Source: an uncultured delta proteobacterium
GTDB lineage: Bacteria; Myxococcota; Myxococcia; Myxococcales; Myxococcaceae
Length of the DNA: 64,000 nucleotides
Direction: 5' to 3'
NCBI GenBank assembly: GCA_963771175.1
Contig: CAVYSY010000038.1
Location: forward strand, 128,001 to 192,000
Shown here piece by piece: positions 17,556 through 29,118 of this stretch (its first letter is position 1; every line of letters begins with the position of its first letter). Position numbers and translations under genes: made by a program. A model generated the notes under the pieces. The model was given only the letters and a program-made list of their open reading frames with translations, was not told where the DNA came from and did not search any database.

Positions 17556-18100
17556 ATGAAGATGCGATGGATTTCTCTCGTGCTCGCCGTCACACTCATG
17601 GGATGCGGTTACTTGCGGCAGGCTTCTTCATCCCGACGCGCCGACGGAAGATGACAGGTCCGTTGAATTTCCAGATTCTTGACCATGTTGCTGTCACGGT
17701 CGGGGCACAGGGGAGCTGTATGAACTGGACGGCGAGATGCTTCGAGCTCTCGTCATTGCGTCCAATGATTATCTTCCCTCCGGACACCAGGGATTTACCT
17801 TGTCCGGACAGGAAGGAGGCACAGTTCTATCGGGTCATCCGCCAGGGCAAGCATCATCTTCGTCTTGATCCACGAGAACTTCGTATACTGCGGTCACCAG
17901 TATCCGGTACGGGCTGGGCGAGGATGATGTACGCCATCAGCACGGACGGCCGCATTCTCCGACGACTCGTCGGGGACCAGACCTCGAAGGCCCCATCGAG
18001 CCGGAAACCCCGGATGCTGGACGCCGACGGATCAGCGCCGAACCCGGCGTCTCCTCTAATTCGAAATGTGCAACCCACGGCGGGACGGGGGAACTGTTCC
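17556..18100 (+). pseudogene. Multiply frameshifted lipoprotein gene (3' end approximate)
   Basis: GAGG RBS; MKMRWISLVLAVTLMGC lipobox; protein-like segments scattered over frames (LYELDGEMLRALVIASND, DLPCPDRKEAQFYRVIRQG, IIFVLIHEN, YAISTDGRILRRLV). Confidence 0.55.
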
Positions 18101-18198
18101 CTTCGCGACAGTCACAGCGCTCGTCACCGCCCACGCGGCGGAGTTCCCTCACGGTGGGGGCCCACGGAGGAGACGCGGGATGAGGAAGGGCTCGCGGC

Positions 18199-19551
18199 TC
18201 ACTGCCAGAGCCGCTTGTACCAGGGCTCCTGCTCCTTCTTGCCCCCGGCCTTCTTCGCCTTCCCTGGCGCATCGTCCCCCATCTTCTTCGTGATGGTGCC
18301 CAGGTCCCAGCCCGTGAGCTCCGCCAGCGTCTCCGCCTCGGTCTGATGACGCTTGTCCAATTCGGCGAGGTACTGCTTCCCGGCCTCGCACTGGAGCGGG
18401 CCCTTGAAGGCGTGGCGCAGCACGTAGCGCGCCTGGAAGTTCTGCCGGTCGTTCGTCGTCTGGAACACCAGATCCTCGGGGAAGTGCTCACCGTCGTAGC
18501 GCGCGTGCAGGCGCGTGAGCACCGTCTGAGAGCCACCGCCCATGCCGTTGGGGTCCTGCTCGTCCAGCCAGAACACACCGAGCCCCTTGAGCTCCTCGGG
18601 AGTGAGCGGATCCGCCGCGCACGGGTCGCACCAGCCCATGTCCCAGACGTACTCGGTGAAGATGGCGCGCTTCTCCTCCTTCTGGTGCGCCTTCTCGAAG
18701 AGCGCCGGGTAGAACTTGGAGAACTCCCCCTTCACGTACACGGGGATGTCCATGTCGCTGGGCACCTTCACCGTGCGGTAGTTGGAGGACTCCACCCGCC
18801 CGGTGCGCGTCAGGGCGTAGATGACCAGGTCCTGCGGCCCTCGCCCGTTGGCCATCCCCAGGCGGATGGGCAGCATGAACTTCTTCGACTCGTAGGCCAT
18901 CTGCAGCGGCCGCAGGTAGTTGAAGCCCGTGGCCTTCTGCTCCTTCAGGTTCACCTTGGCCACGAAGAACTTCATGTCCTGCTTGATGTACGGCTCCAGC
19001 GCCTTCGAGGCGCGCGGCGGAATCTTGTAGCCGCTCTCGCGCAGCCACGTCTCCAGCCCCGAAGACTCCTTCGCCGACAGGATGAGGATGTCGTACTCGC
19101 CGATGGTGTACTGCGCCTCCACCGTCACGCCCAGGCTCTTGCTCCGAGCCCTGTCCATCCCCGCCCCCGCGGGCGCGGCCGCCGTTGGCGCCATCTCCAT
19201 CATGGGCGGAGGAGGCGCACACGGGTCCTCGTCGAAGTACTCCACCAACCTCGGCGCGGAGTAGGCGTCCACCCGCTCGATGTACTTGCGCTCGCCCACG
19301 TGGATCTGCTCGCGCTTGAGCACCACGGGCACCGGCACCACCAGGGCGAATTCGGTGAGCTCTCCCTTGTAGTCGTTGGACATGGTGAGCACGGTGCGCT
19401 CGCCGTCGCGCACCATCACCACCTGAGAGGCCTCGTTGAAGAGGCTCGTATCGGCCTTGCCCACGTAGAAGCCACAGAAGGCCTCGGCGGCGGGCGCGGC
19501 GAGGGTGAGGAGGCCGGCGGTCAGGCCGGCTGCGAGGAGGCGGAGGCGCAT
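18199..19551 (-). CDS. DUF2330 family exported protein
   Basis: Signal peptide then AFCGFYVGKADTSLFNEASQV; FMLPIRLGMAN, EYVWDMGWCDPCAADP, NFQARYVLRH. Confidence 0.88.
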   Translation of the reverse strand: MRLRLLAAGLTAGLLTLAAPAAEAFCGFYVGKADTSLFNEASQVVMVRDGERTVLTMSNDYKGELTEFALVVPVPVVLKREQIHVGERKYIERVDAYSAPRLVEYFDEDPCAPPPPMMEMAPTAAAPAGAGMDRARSKSLGVTVEAQYTIGEYDILILSAKESSGLETWLRESGYKIPPRASKALEPYIKQDMKFFVAKVNLKEQKATGFNYLRPLQMAYESKKFMLPIRLGMANGRGPQDLVIYALTRTGRVESSNYRTVKVPSDMDIPVYVKGEFSKFYPALFEKAHQKEEKRAIFTEYVWDMGWCDPCAADPLTPEELKGLGVFWLDEQDPNGMGGGSQTVLTRLHARYDGEHFPEDLVFQTTNDRQNFQARYVLRHAFKGPLQCEAGKQYLAELDKRHQTEAETLAELTGWDLGTITKKMGDDAPGKAKKAGGKKEQEPWYKRLWQ

Positions 19552-20372
19552 GCGTTGTTCCTTTCCGGTGCCTTGCCTTCCGGCCAGTTGAAGCGGCTGG
19601 CGGGCAGGACACGGTCGATGAGGGGAGTGAGGGGAGAAGCCAGGCAGAGCGCCCAGATGAGCGCGTTCTGCCACCAGAGCCCGTGCAGGAAGAAGAAGGC
19701 CAGCCCGGCCACGAAGGCGGCGTAGAGGATGCGCCCCACGCGGTGGTCCGGCGTCGTCTTCGGATCCGAGATCATGAAGAAGGTGAAGAGGATGAGGCCG
19801 CCCGCGGAGAGCTGGTGCTGGAGGCTGGCCCAGGGAGCGCCCAGGTAGAAGATGCGGGCGGCCTTGAGCAGCACCCAGGTGCCCAGGAAGGCCAGGCTCA
19901 CGTCCGAGCGGAACGAGCGATGGGCCACCGCCAGACCGAAGGCCGCGAACCACCCCAGCAGCGCGGCGCTGTGCCCCCACTGGCTGGGCGAGCACCACGC
20001 GTGCGTGGTGAGCAGCATGGCCACCACCAGCCCCAGGTTGGTGGGGTTGAAGAGGTGCTTGCCGCGCACGCGCAGGACGAACTTGCCGGAGATGGCCACC
20101 GCGGCGGCGAAGGGCCCCACCCAGAAGGCGTCGGTGCGCAACAGCAGCGACAGCCCCAGCGAGGTGATGAGCGGCGAGAGGTACCCCACGGGCGGCGCTC
20201 GGAAGAGGCGCGTCATGGCCCACTGCGTCGCGCACGCGGTGAGGGCGATGAGCGGCGGCTGCCAGGGGGGAACATCGAACCCCAGTGCCAGGAGTCCCGC
20301 CACCAGGAAGGAGGCGAGGAAGGCAATCTGGAGGGAGCGCGGATCGCGGGGGAGCGCGGCGGCGAGCGACAT
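19521..20372 (-). CDS. Stand-alone RnfD/NqrB-like membrane protein
   Basis: SPLITSLGLSLLL, KHLFNPTN, FFMISDPKTTP motifs; overlaps the DUF2330 start. Confidence 0.82.
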   Translation of the reverse strand: MSLAAALPRDPRSLQIAFLASFLVAGLLALGFDVPPWQPPLIALTACATQWAMTRLFRAPPVGYLSPLITSLGLSLLLRTDAFWVGPFAAAVAISGKFVLRVRGKHLFNPTNLGLVVAMLLTTHAWCSPSQWGHSAALLGWFAAFGLAVAHRSFRSDVSLAFLGTWVLLKAARIFYLGAPWASLQHQLSAGGLILFTFFMISDPKTTPDHRVGRILYAAFVAGLAFFFLHGLWWQNALIWALCLASPLTPLIDRVLPASRFNWPEGKAPERNNACASASSQPA

Positions 20373-20510
20373 GCCTCCCATCAACGCCCGAACTCGCGAA
20401 AAGTTCTACCGCTCGGCCCGAGCATCCGCCCAGGAGACGACGGACGCGCCCGGTAACGCCCCTTGGCGCCCTCGCCACCGCTATCTTCCGCGCCTCCGAG
20501 GTGATGACCC

Positions 20511-21122
20511 ATGCAGACCAAGGCCGCTCCCCCCATCACGCACCTTCAAGGCCGGCGCACCCTCCCCCTCATCGAGGCGTATTTCGAGCTCAACCACCTC
20601 AAGCAGCTCTACCGGCAGGGATGGCTGCGCGTCGGCCTCTCCAAGGAGAAGTGCGAGAGCGTCGCCGAGCACTCGTTCGGCGTCGCGCTGCTGTGCCTGT
20701 TCCTCGCCGACAGCTACTTCCCCGAGGCGGACGCCTCCAAGGTGGTCCGCATCGCGCTCCTGCACGACCTGGGCGAGGCCTACGTCGGAGACATCACGCC
20801 CCATGACAAGGTGAGCCGAGAGGAGAAGCTCCAGGCCGAGCAGCAGGCAGTGGAGCGCATCCTCGCCAAGCTACCGCGTGGTGCCGAGTACGTCGCACTG
20901 TGGGAGGAGTACGAGCATGGCACCTCCTTCGAGGCCCGGCTGGTGCGTCAGGTGGATCGACTGGAGATGGGACTGCAGGCCACCATCTACGAGCACCAGG
21001 ACGCGGGCGACCTCTCGCAGTTCTTCACCTCGGTCCACAAGGCACTGGAGACGCCCGAGTTGAAGGCGGTACTCGCCGAGCTCGAGAAGCTGCGGCCCGG
21101 CACGCCGGCCCCCGGGGCCTGA
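20511..21122 (+). CDS. HD-domain hydrolase (HDDC2/YfbR-like nucleotidase)
   Basis: LKQLYRQGW, ESVAEHS, ALLHDLGEAYVGDITP, DRLEM. Confidence 0.9.
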   Translation: MQTKAAPPITHLQGRRTLPLIEAYFELNHLKQLYRQGWLRVGLSKEKCESVAEHSFGVALLCLFLADSYFPEADASKVVRIALLHDLGEAYVGDITPHDKVSREEKLQAEQQAVERILAKLPRGAEYVALWEEYEHGTSFEARLVRQVDRLEMGLQATIYEHQDAGDLSQFFTSVHKALETPELKAVLAELEKLRPGTPAPGA

Positions 21123-21261
21123 GTCACGCGCGTTTCACGGATGTCAGCAGGGAGAGCGAAGGAGCGCGGGTCATCGGGGGCAGGTGGGGTCGGCCCGCGT
21201 AATGGATTTCGGGGCGGACGCCCTCATCGGAGGGAGCCTCGTCCCAGGCTATCCTGGGGGC

Positions 21262-23064
21262 ATGCAGGTGGGCGCGGGCAGAGATGAGGCCGCGGCGATT
21301 CCGGTCGCCGCCGAAGCGGTGACACCACGGGCTGAAGCCCCCCCCATGGCACTCACCGTGCGCGCACTCGGGCTCGGCAGCCTCATCGGCGCGCTGATGT
21401 GCCTGTCCAACCTCTACGTGGGATTGAAGACGGGCCTCGCCTTCCCCGCGGCCCTCATCGCCTGCGTCGTCGGGCTCGGCCTGCAGGGAGCGCTCCTGCG
21501 GCTCAGCCCCTCGCGCTTCGGCCCCGCGCTCAGTCTCCAGGAGACGAGCGCCATGCAGTCCACCGCCTCCTCCGCGGGCTACTCCACCGGGGGAACCATC
21601 ATCTCCGCCAGCGTGGGCTACCTGCTGCTCGCCGGCCACCATCCCCCCGCCTGGGCGCTTCTCCTGTGGACGTTCCTCGGCTCGGCGCTCGGCGTCGTCC
21701 TCGCCCTGCCCCTGCAACGTGCCTTCATCCGCCGCGAGCCCCTTCCCTTTCCCACCGGAATCGCCGCGGCCGCGGCCGCTCGGGCGCTCCACTCGGGAGA
21801 CGCGGCGGGGAAGCGTGGGGCGCGAGCGCTCGGACTCGGGGCGTTCGGGGCAGGACTCCTGGCGTTCGCGCGTGATGGCCTCCAGCTCCTTCCCGCCACG
21901 CTCGCGCTCCCAGGAGCCCTGCTCGGCGTGCCCCTGACGAGCCTGTCCTTCGGCATCGACCTGGCCCTGGTGCCGCTGGGCACCGGGATGCTCGTGGGCC
22001 CTCGCATCGGGGCCTCGCTCCTGCTCGGCGCGCTCGTGTGCTTCGGAGGGCTCGCCCCCTGGCTGCACGGGCGCGGGCTCCTCGCGCGGACGGACTTCTT
22101 CGGCGTGCTCGAGTGGAGCATGTGGCCGGGGGCCGCGCTGGTGACGAGCGCCTCCTTCACCCACCTCGCGCTCCAGCGGGGACTGCTGCGCCGCACCCTG
22201 GGGGCGCTCCTCGGCGCGGGCCCGTCCGGGGATGAAGTGCCCGACGCGGCGGATGTTCCGCGCTCGTGGTTCCTCGCCGGGACGGCTCTGCTCACCCTGG
22301 GGCTCGTGGCGGTGGGCGCGGTGGCCTTCGACATCCCCGCTTCGCTCGGGCTGCTGGGGGTGGTGCTCTCCTTCGCGCTCGCCGCCGTCGCGTGCCGGGC
22401 GACGGGCGAGACGGACATCACTCCCTCCGGACCCATGGGGCAGGTGGCCCAGCTCGCCTTCGGCGTGCTCCTGCCGGGCAACACCCTGGCCAACACCCTG
22501 GCCGCCAGCCTCTCCGGCAACATCGCCTCCTCCAGCGCGGACCTGCTCACCGATGTGAAGGCCGGGCACCTCCTTGGAGTCGCGCCCCGGCAGACCTTCC
22601 TGGCGCAGCTCTGGGGTTGTGTCGTCGGCTCGGCCCTCATCGTCCCCGTCTTCTTCCTGCTCGTTCCGGATACCTCGGCCATCTCCGAGGAGCGCTTCCC
22701 CGCGCCGGGCGGGATGTTCGTGGCCGGAGTGGCGCGCGTGCTGGCCACGGGTCTCGGGAGCCTGTCGGAGGCGGCGCGCTGGGGAGCCCTCGCCGGAGGT
22801 CTCGTGGGGGTGGCGCTCGTCCTCCTGGAGCGCTCCGCGCCCGAGCCGGTGCGGCGCTTCCTCCCCTCCCCCATCGCCCTGGGGCTCGCCTTCGTGCTGC
22901 CGGCGTCGGCCTCGCTGTCCATCTTCCTGGGCGCGGTAGCCGCGGCGCTCCTCGCGAGGGTACGGCCCGCGTATGCCCTCGCCGCCACTGTGCCGCTGGC
23001 CTCGGGGCTCATCGCCGGGGAGAGCCTGGTGAGTCTGGCCGTCCTGCTGCTCGCGCCGTCCTGA
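21262..23064 (+). CDS. OPT/YSL family oligopeptide transporter
   Basis: NLYVGLKTG, LPFPTG, RATGETDITP, DLLTDVKAGHLLG, SGLIAGESL; start uncertain. Confidence 0.9.
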   Translation: MQVGAGRDEAAAIPVAAEAVTPRAEAPPMALTVRALGLGSLIGALMCLSNLYVGLKTGLAFPAALIACVVGLGLQGALLRLSPSRFGPALSLQETSAMQSTASSAGYSTGGTIISASVGYLLLAGHHPPAWALLLWTFLGSALGVVLALPLQRAFIRREPLPFPTGIAAAAAARALHSGDAAGKRGARALGLGAFGAGLLAFARDGLQLLPATLALPGALLGVPLTSLSFGIDLALVPLGTGMLVGPRIGASLLLGALVCFGGLAPWLHGRGLLARTDFFGVLEWSMWPGAALVTSASFTHLALQRGLLRRTLGALLGAGPSGDEVPDAADVPRSWFLAGTALLTLGLVAVGAVAFDIPASLGLLGVVLSFALAAVACRATGETDITPSGPMGQVAQLAFGVLLPGNTLANTLAASLSGNIASSSADLLTDVKAGHLLGVAPRQTFLAQLWGCVVGSALIVPVFFLLVPDTSAISEERFPAPGGMFVAGVARVLATGLGSLSEAARWGALAGGLVGVALVLLERSAPEPVRRFLPSPIALGLAFVLPASASLSIFLGAVAAALLARVRPAYALAATVPLASGLIAGESLVSLAVLLLAPS

Positions 23065-23218
23065 ATCGGTGACAGGGGCCCGCGCCACCAGCGGCCGAGC
23101 CTCCGAGCACTCCGTTGGCGGGCACCTGCTCGCGTCACCTCCGCTGCCAGGAGAGCAAGCCGCCAGCGCCCCGGGATGAGGCGCGCCGTGACTAGCTTTG
23201 GAAGCCAGGAGGTGTGCC

Positions 23219-24320
23219 ATGGAACGTTCGACCCGACGCATCCTCGCCGGGGCGGGAGTGGGGATTCCGCTCGTGGCGCTGGGTGCGCGGCTGTGGTCCA
23301 GCCCGGGCTCCACGCCGCCCATCCAGGATGAGCGGGGCGAGCCCCTGTCCGAGGGCATCGCCTCGCTGGAGCAGGTCCGGCTCGGGGGCGTGGACCAGTG
23401 GCTGCTGTTGCGCGGGCGGAGCGTCCACAACCCGCTGCTGCTCTACCTGTCCGGAGGCCCGGGCGGGCTCCGAGCTGGCCTGGGTGCGTCACTTCAACGC
23501 CCCGCTGGAGGACCACTTCCTCGTCGTGCAGTGGGACCAGCGCGGCGCCACCAAGTCCTACGCCGCCGTGAAGGACCGCGACGAGCTCACGCTGGACCAG
23601 TACATCTTCGACGCGAGCGATCTGCTCGAGCTGCTGACCACCCGCTTCGACCAGCAGAAGGTGTTCGTCGTCGGTCACTCGTGGGGAAGCGTCCTCGGGG
23701 TGCTGCTGGCCCAGCGCCGTCCCGAGCGCATCCACGCCTATGTCGGCCTCGGCCAGCAGGTGAACTTCCTGGAGAACGACACCGTCAGCCACCTGCGCGC
23801 GTACGAACTCGCGGCAAGGTACAGGGACGGCAAGGCGCTCGAGCAACTGGAGCGCCTCGGCCCGCCGCCCTACACGGGCCCGGACATGATGCAGCGGTAC
23901 ATGACGCTGGTATCGCTCGCGAACCGCCACGCCGGCCGCCGGAGGGTGGTGCCCGAGATGCTCTCCTCGGTGCTCAAGGCCCCCGAGTACTCGCTGCGCG
24001 ACAAGGTCCACATGTTCCTCGGGCCGCGTGACACCTTCCCGCTCGTGTACCCCCAGCTCGCCGGCATCAACCTGGAGGCGCAGGTGCCCCGACTGGAGGT
24101 GCCCGTCTGGTTCATGCTCGGGCGCGAGGACTTCGTCACGCCCTCGGAGATCGCCGCGCGCTACTTCGACAGGCTGGAGGCACCGCGCAAGACGCTCGTG
24201 TGGTTCGAGCACTCCGGGCACTCGCCCCAGTTCGAGGAGCCGGGGAAGTTCAACAGCGTGCTCACCGAGCAGGTGCGCGCCGTGGCCTCCGAGACGCGGC
24301 CCGAGGCCGTACTCCACTGA
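23219..24320 (+). CDS. Alpha/beta hydrolase (proline iminopeptidase-like); frameshift near 23465
   Basis: LYLSGGPG, then shifted frame WDQRGA, GHSWGS, FEHSGHSPQFEEP; AGGAGG RBS. Confidence 0.85.
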
Positions 24321-24332
24321 CGCACTGTCCCG

Positions 24333-25019
24333 CTACGCCCGCCTGGCCGAACGGCGCACCTCGTTCACCAGGCGGTGCGCGTGCCGGGTCGTCTCGGGCT
24401 CGCGGTAGCGGGTCGTCACCCGCAGCACCAGCTCGACCGCCGTGGGCAGGTCCATCAGGTGCCCCGGCGACACGTAGACCGGCTGCACCCCCCTGCGCGT
24501 GCGCACCGCCATGCCCACCACCTCGCCCTGGTGGAGGAGCTCCGCCGTCGAGCCCCGTTCCTCGCCCAGCGGCCCGTGCTTGCCCACCAGCAGCGACTTG
24601 GCGCACCCGATGGAGGGCACGCCGAACAGCAGCCCGCCGTGACACGCCAGCCCCAGGCGCCGGGGGTGCGCCGTTCCCTGCCCGTCGAAGATGAGCACGT
24701 CCGGCCTCACCTCCAGCCGCTTCCACGCCTCCGCCAGCACCGGCAGCTCGCGGAAGGACAGGAGCCCCGGCACGTAGGGGAAGCCCAGGCGCACCGCGGC
24801 GCTCGCCTTCGCCACCGGCTCCAGCGTCCCCGCGTCCAGCACCACGAAGCCGCCATACGCGGTGTCCTCTCCGCGCATGGTGGAGATGTCCGCTCCCGCC
24901 ACGCGCTCCACCTTCAGCCCGCTCGGCGGATGCAACACCAACCGCTCCCGCAGCTCGCGCTGCAGCGCCACCGCCTCGCTCGGCGTCACATCCCATCCAT
25001 GCAGAGGATTCAGCTTCAT
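24333..25019 (-). CDS. nfi: Endonuclease V
   Basis: AGADIS, FPYVPGLLSFRE, DGQGTAHPRRLGLACH, GCAKS, YREPETTRHAH. Confidence 0.96.
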   Translation of the reverse strand: MKLNPLHGWDVTPSEAVALQRELRERLVLHPPSGLKVERVAGADISTMRGEDTAYGGFVVLDAGTLEPVAKASAAVRLGFPYVPGLLSFRELPVLAEAWKRLEVRPDVLIFDGQGTAHPRRLGLACHGGLLFGVPSIGCAKSLLVGKHGPLGEERGSTAELLHQGEVVGMAVRTRRGVQPVYVSPGHLMDLPTAVELVLRVTTRYREPETTRHAHRLVNEVRRSARRA

Positions 25020-25090
25020 CCGCCCTCCAAGGCCCGCGCGACCCTCCTTCTGGAGTCCGCCGCGCCATCCTACCTTGGAGATCAGGTCCC

Positions 25091-25657
25091 TTACACCTCG
25101 ATGAACCGGGTGCCGGTGATGCCCTCCGCCTCCATGGCCTGCTTGAGGTCCTCGGAGACGATGAGCGCCACCGGCCAGCCCCAGGGGCGGAAGATACGAG
25201 CGTCCCCCACCTTCGTGGGGTCGATGCGCATGCCCGCGACGACCCGGTACTCGCCCACCTTGTCCGGTTGCCCGTTCTCGGGCTTCCAGTACCGCACCTC
25301 TTCACAACGAGCGTCGTCGATGCAGCGGATGACGCGGAGGGTATTGAGGATGAAATAGGGCCCGCTGTGGCCCTCCACCTGGGCAGGAAGGAACTGAACC
25401 TCCTGGACGCCCATGCGTTCGAAAAGATGGACGACACGGCCATGCACGACCACGAGCGCCCAGGTCCGCGAGGCTGAAGTCGAGTTCACACCCGGGAAGA
25501 GGACACGGGAAGACAGGAGCTTCGATTGCACTTCAAGAACGCGGCTCTCGGTGAATTGCCAGGGGTCCACCTCCTCGCCATGCTCGTCGACGGGACTCTG
25601 CAGCACCCAACGTCCAGGGATGCGCATGTCGCTGTAAAGCTCGAAATAGCCAGTCAT
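25091..25657 (-). CDS. Imm11 / DUF1629-like immunity protein
   Basis: GRWVL..P.DEHGEEVDPWQF, VQFLPAQVEG, CIDDARCEE, MRIDPTKVG, RPWGW, LIVSE; probable compensated frameshift pair near 25460-25510. Confidence 0.8.
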   Translation of the reverse strand: MTGYFELYSDMRIPGRWVLQSPVDEHGEEVDPWQFTESRVLEVQSKLLSSRVLFPGVNSTSASRTWALVVVHGRVVHLFERMGVQEVQFLPAQVEGHSGPYFILNTLRVIRCIDDARCEEVRYWKPENGQPDKVGEYRVVAGMRIDPTKVGDARIFRPWGWPVALIVSEDLKQAMEAEGITGTRFIEV

Positions 25658-25847
25658 TGCCCGCGCTCTTGATTCAATCTCAAGACTCAAAGAACCATGC
25701 CCAGACGCAGCCACCAGAAGGCCTTCTTCATGTCCTGGCGAGCATGCATGGCGGCCCGCTGCCACACCAGTGACCCGGGAGAGGTAGACTCCAACGGTCC
25801 CGGTCGCCGCGGCCCCCCCACCGCGCCCGGACCAGCAGGAGGAAGCC

Positions 25848-28221
<2,374 letters not shown>

Positions 28222-28230
<9 letters not shown>

Positions 28231-28972
28231 TCCAGCACCCGCACCACCACGCCCGTGATGTTGTCGGTGCCTCCACGGTTGTAGGCCTCGGCGACGAGTC
28301 GCTCGGCCATCTCCTGGGCCGAGCCCCCCTGCGCCAACAACGGGACCATCCGCTCCGGAGGCACCGGCTCGTACAGGCCATCGCTGCAGAGCACCAGCAC
28401 ATCACCCGGCTGCATGGGGACGCGCTGACAGTCCGGGTCCACGCTGGCATCCATGCCCACGGCGCCCGTGAGCGAGTTGCGGTGCATCGCGGCGAAGGGG
28501 TTGTTCGTATCGAACCCCGCCTCCTCCATCTCCGCGAGCACGGTGTGATCCCTCGTGAGCCGCCGCAGCTCGCCGCCCCTCACCAGGAAGGTGCGGCTGT
28601 CTCCGAGATTGCACACGATGGCGTCCCCGTCGCACAGCAGGACCGAGGTGATCGTCGAGGCCATCATCGAGAGCTTGCCGCTCTGCTGGGAGCGCACCGC
28701 TTCGTGGGCCTGACGCACGGCCTGGACGATGAGACTCTCGCCCCCACCGCCCAGCCTCCCGGAGCAGGCCCGGCTGGCCGCTGGCCCACCTGGGAGGTCA
28801 GGAAGTCAGCCACCGTGCACAAGACGAGCTGACTGGCCACCTCTCCGCCTTCATGTCCGCCCAGGCCATCCGCAACCGCGAAGAGGCCCAGTTCGGGCTT
28901 CTGGCAGAAGGAGTCCTCGTTGTTTGGCCGGCGGCCTACGTGCGTGGCCGCTCCGCTGTCGGTTCGAGACAT
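28222..28972 (-). CDS. PP2C-family Ser/Thr phosphatase; frameshift near 28750, end approximate
   Basis: THVGRRPNNED, VADGLGGHEGGEVAS, NLGDSR, LCSDGL, GGTDNIT. Confidence 0.88.
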
Positions 28973-29118
28973 GTCGGTCCCGGGAGGTGTCGAAGCAAAG
29001 ATGCTCATCCCGCGCGCGAGTCTCGACCTGAGCGACTACCTGGCCAAGGAGATAACGCCTCCCTGGCCCTCCGCTTCCCAGGCACAGGAGTTTCTCAGTG
29101 CCCGGGAAACCCACGCCT

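Noticed and set aside
18199..20478. 759-aa ORF as a fusion upstream of DUF2330
   Set aside because: The N-terminal 300 aa is an off-frame reading of the RnfD-like gene; the real start with a signal peptide is at 19551
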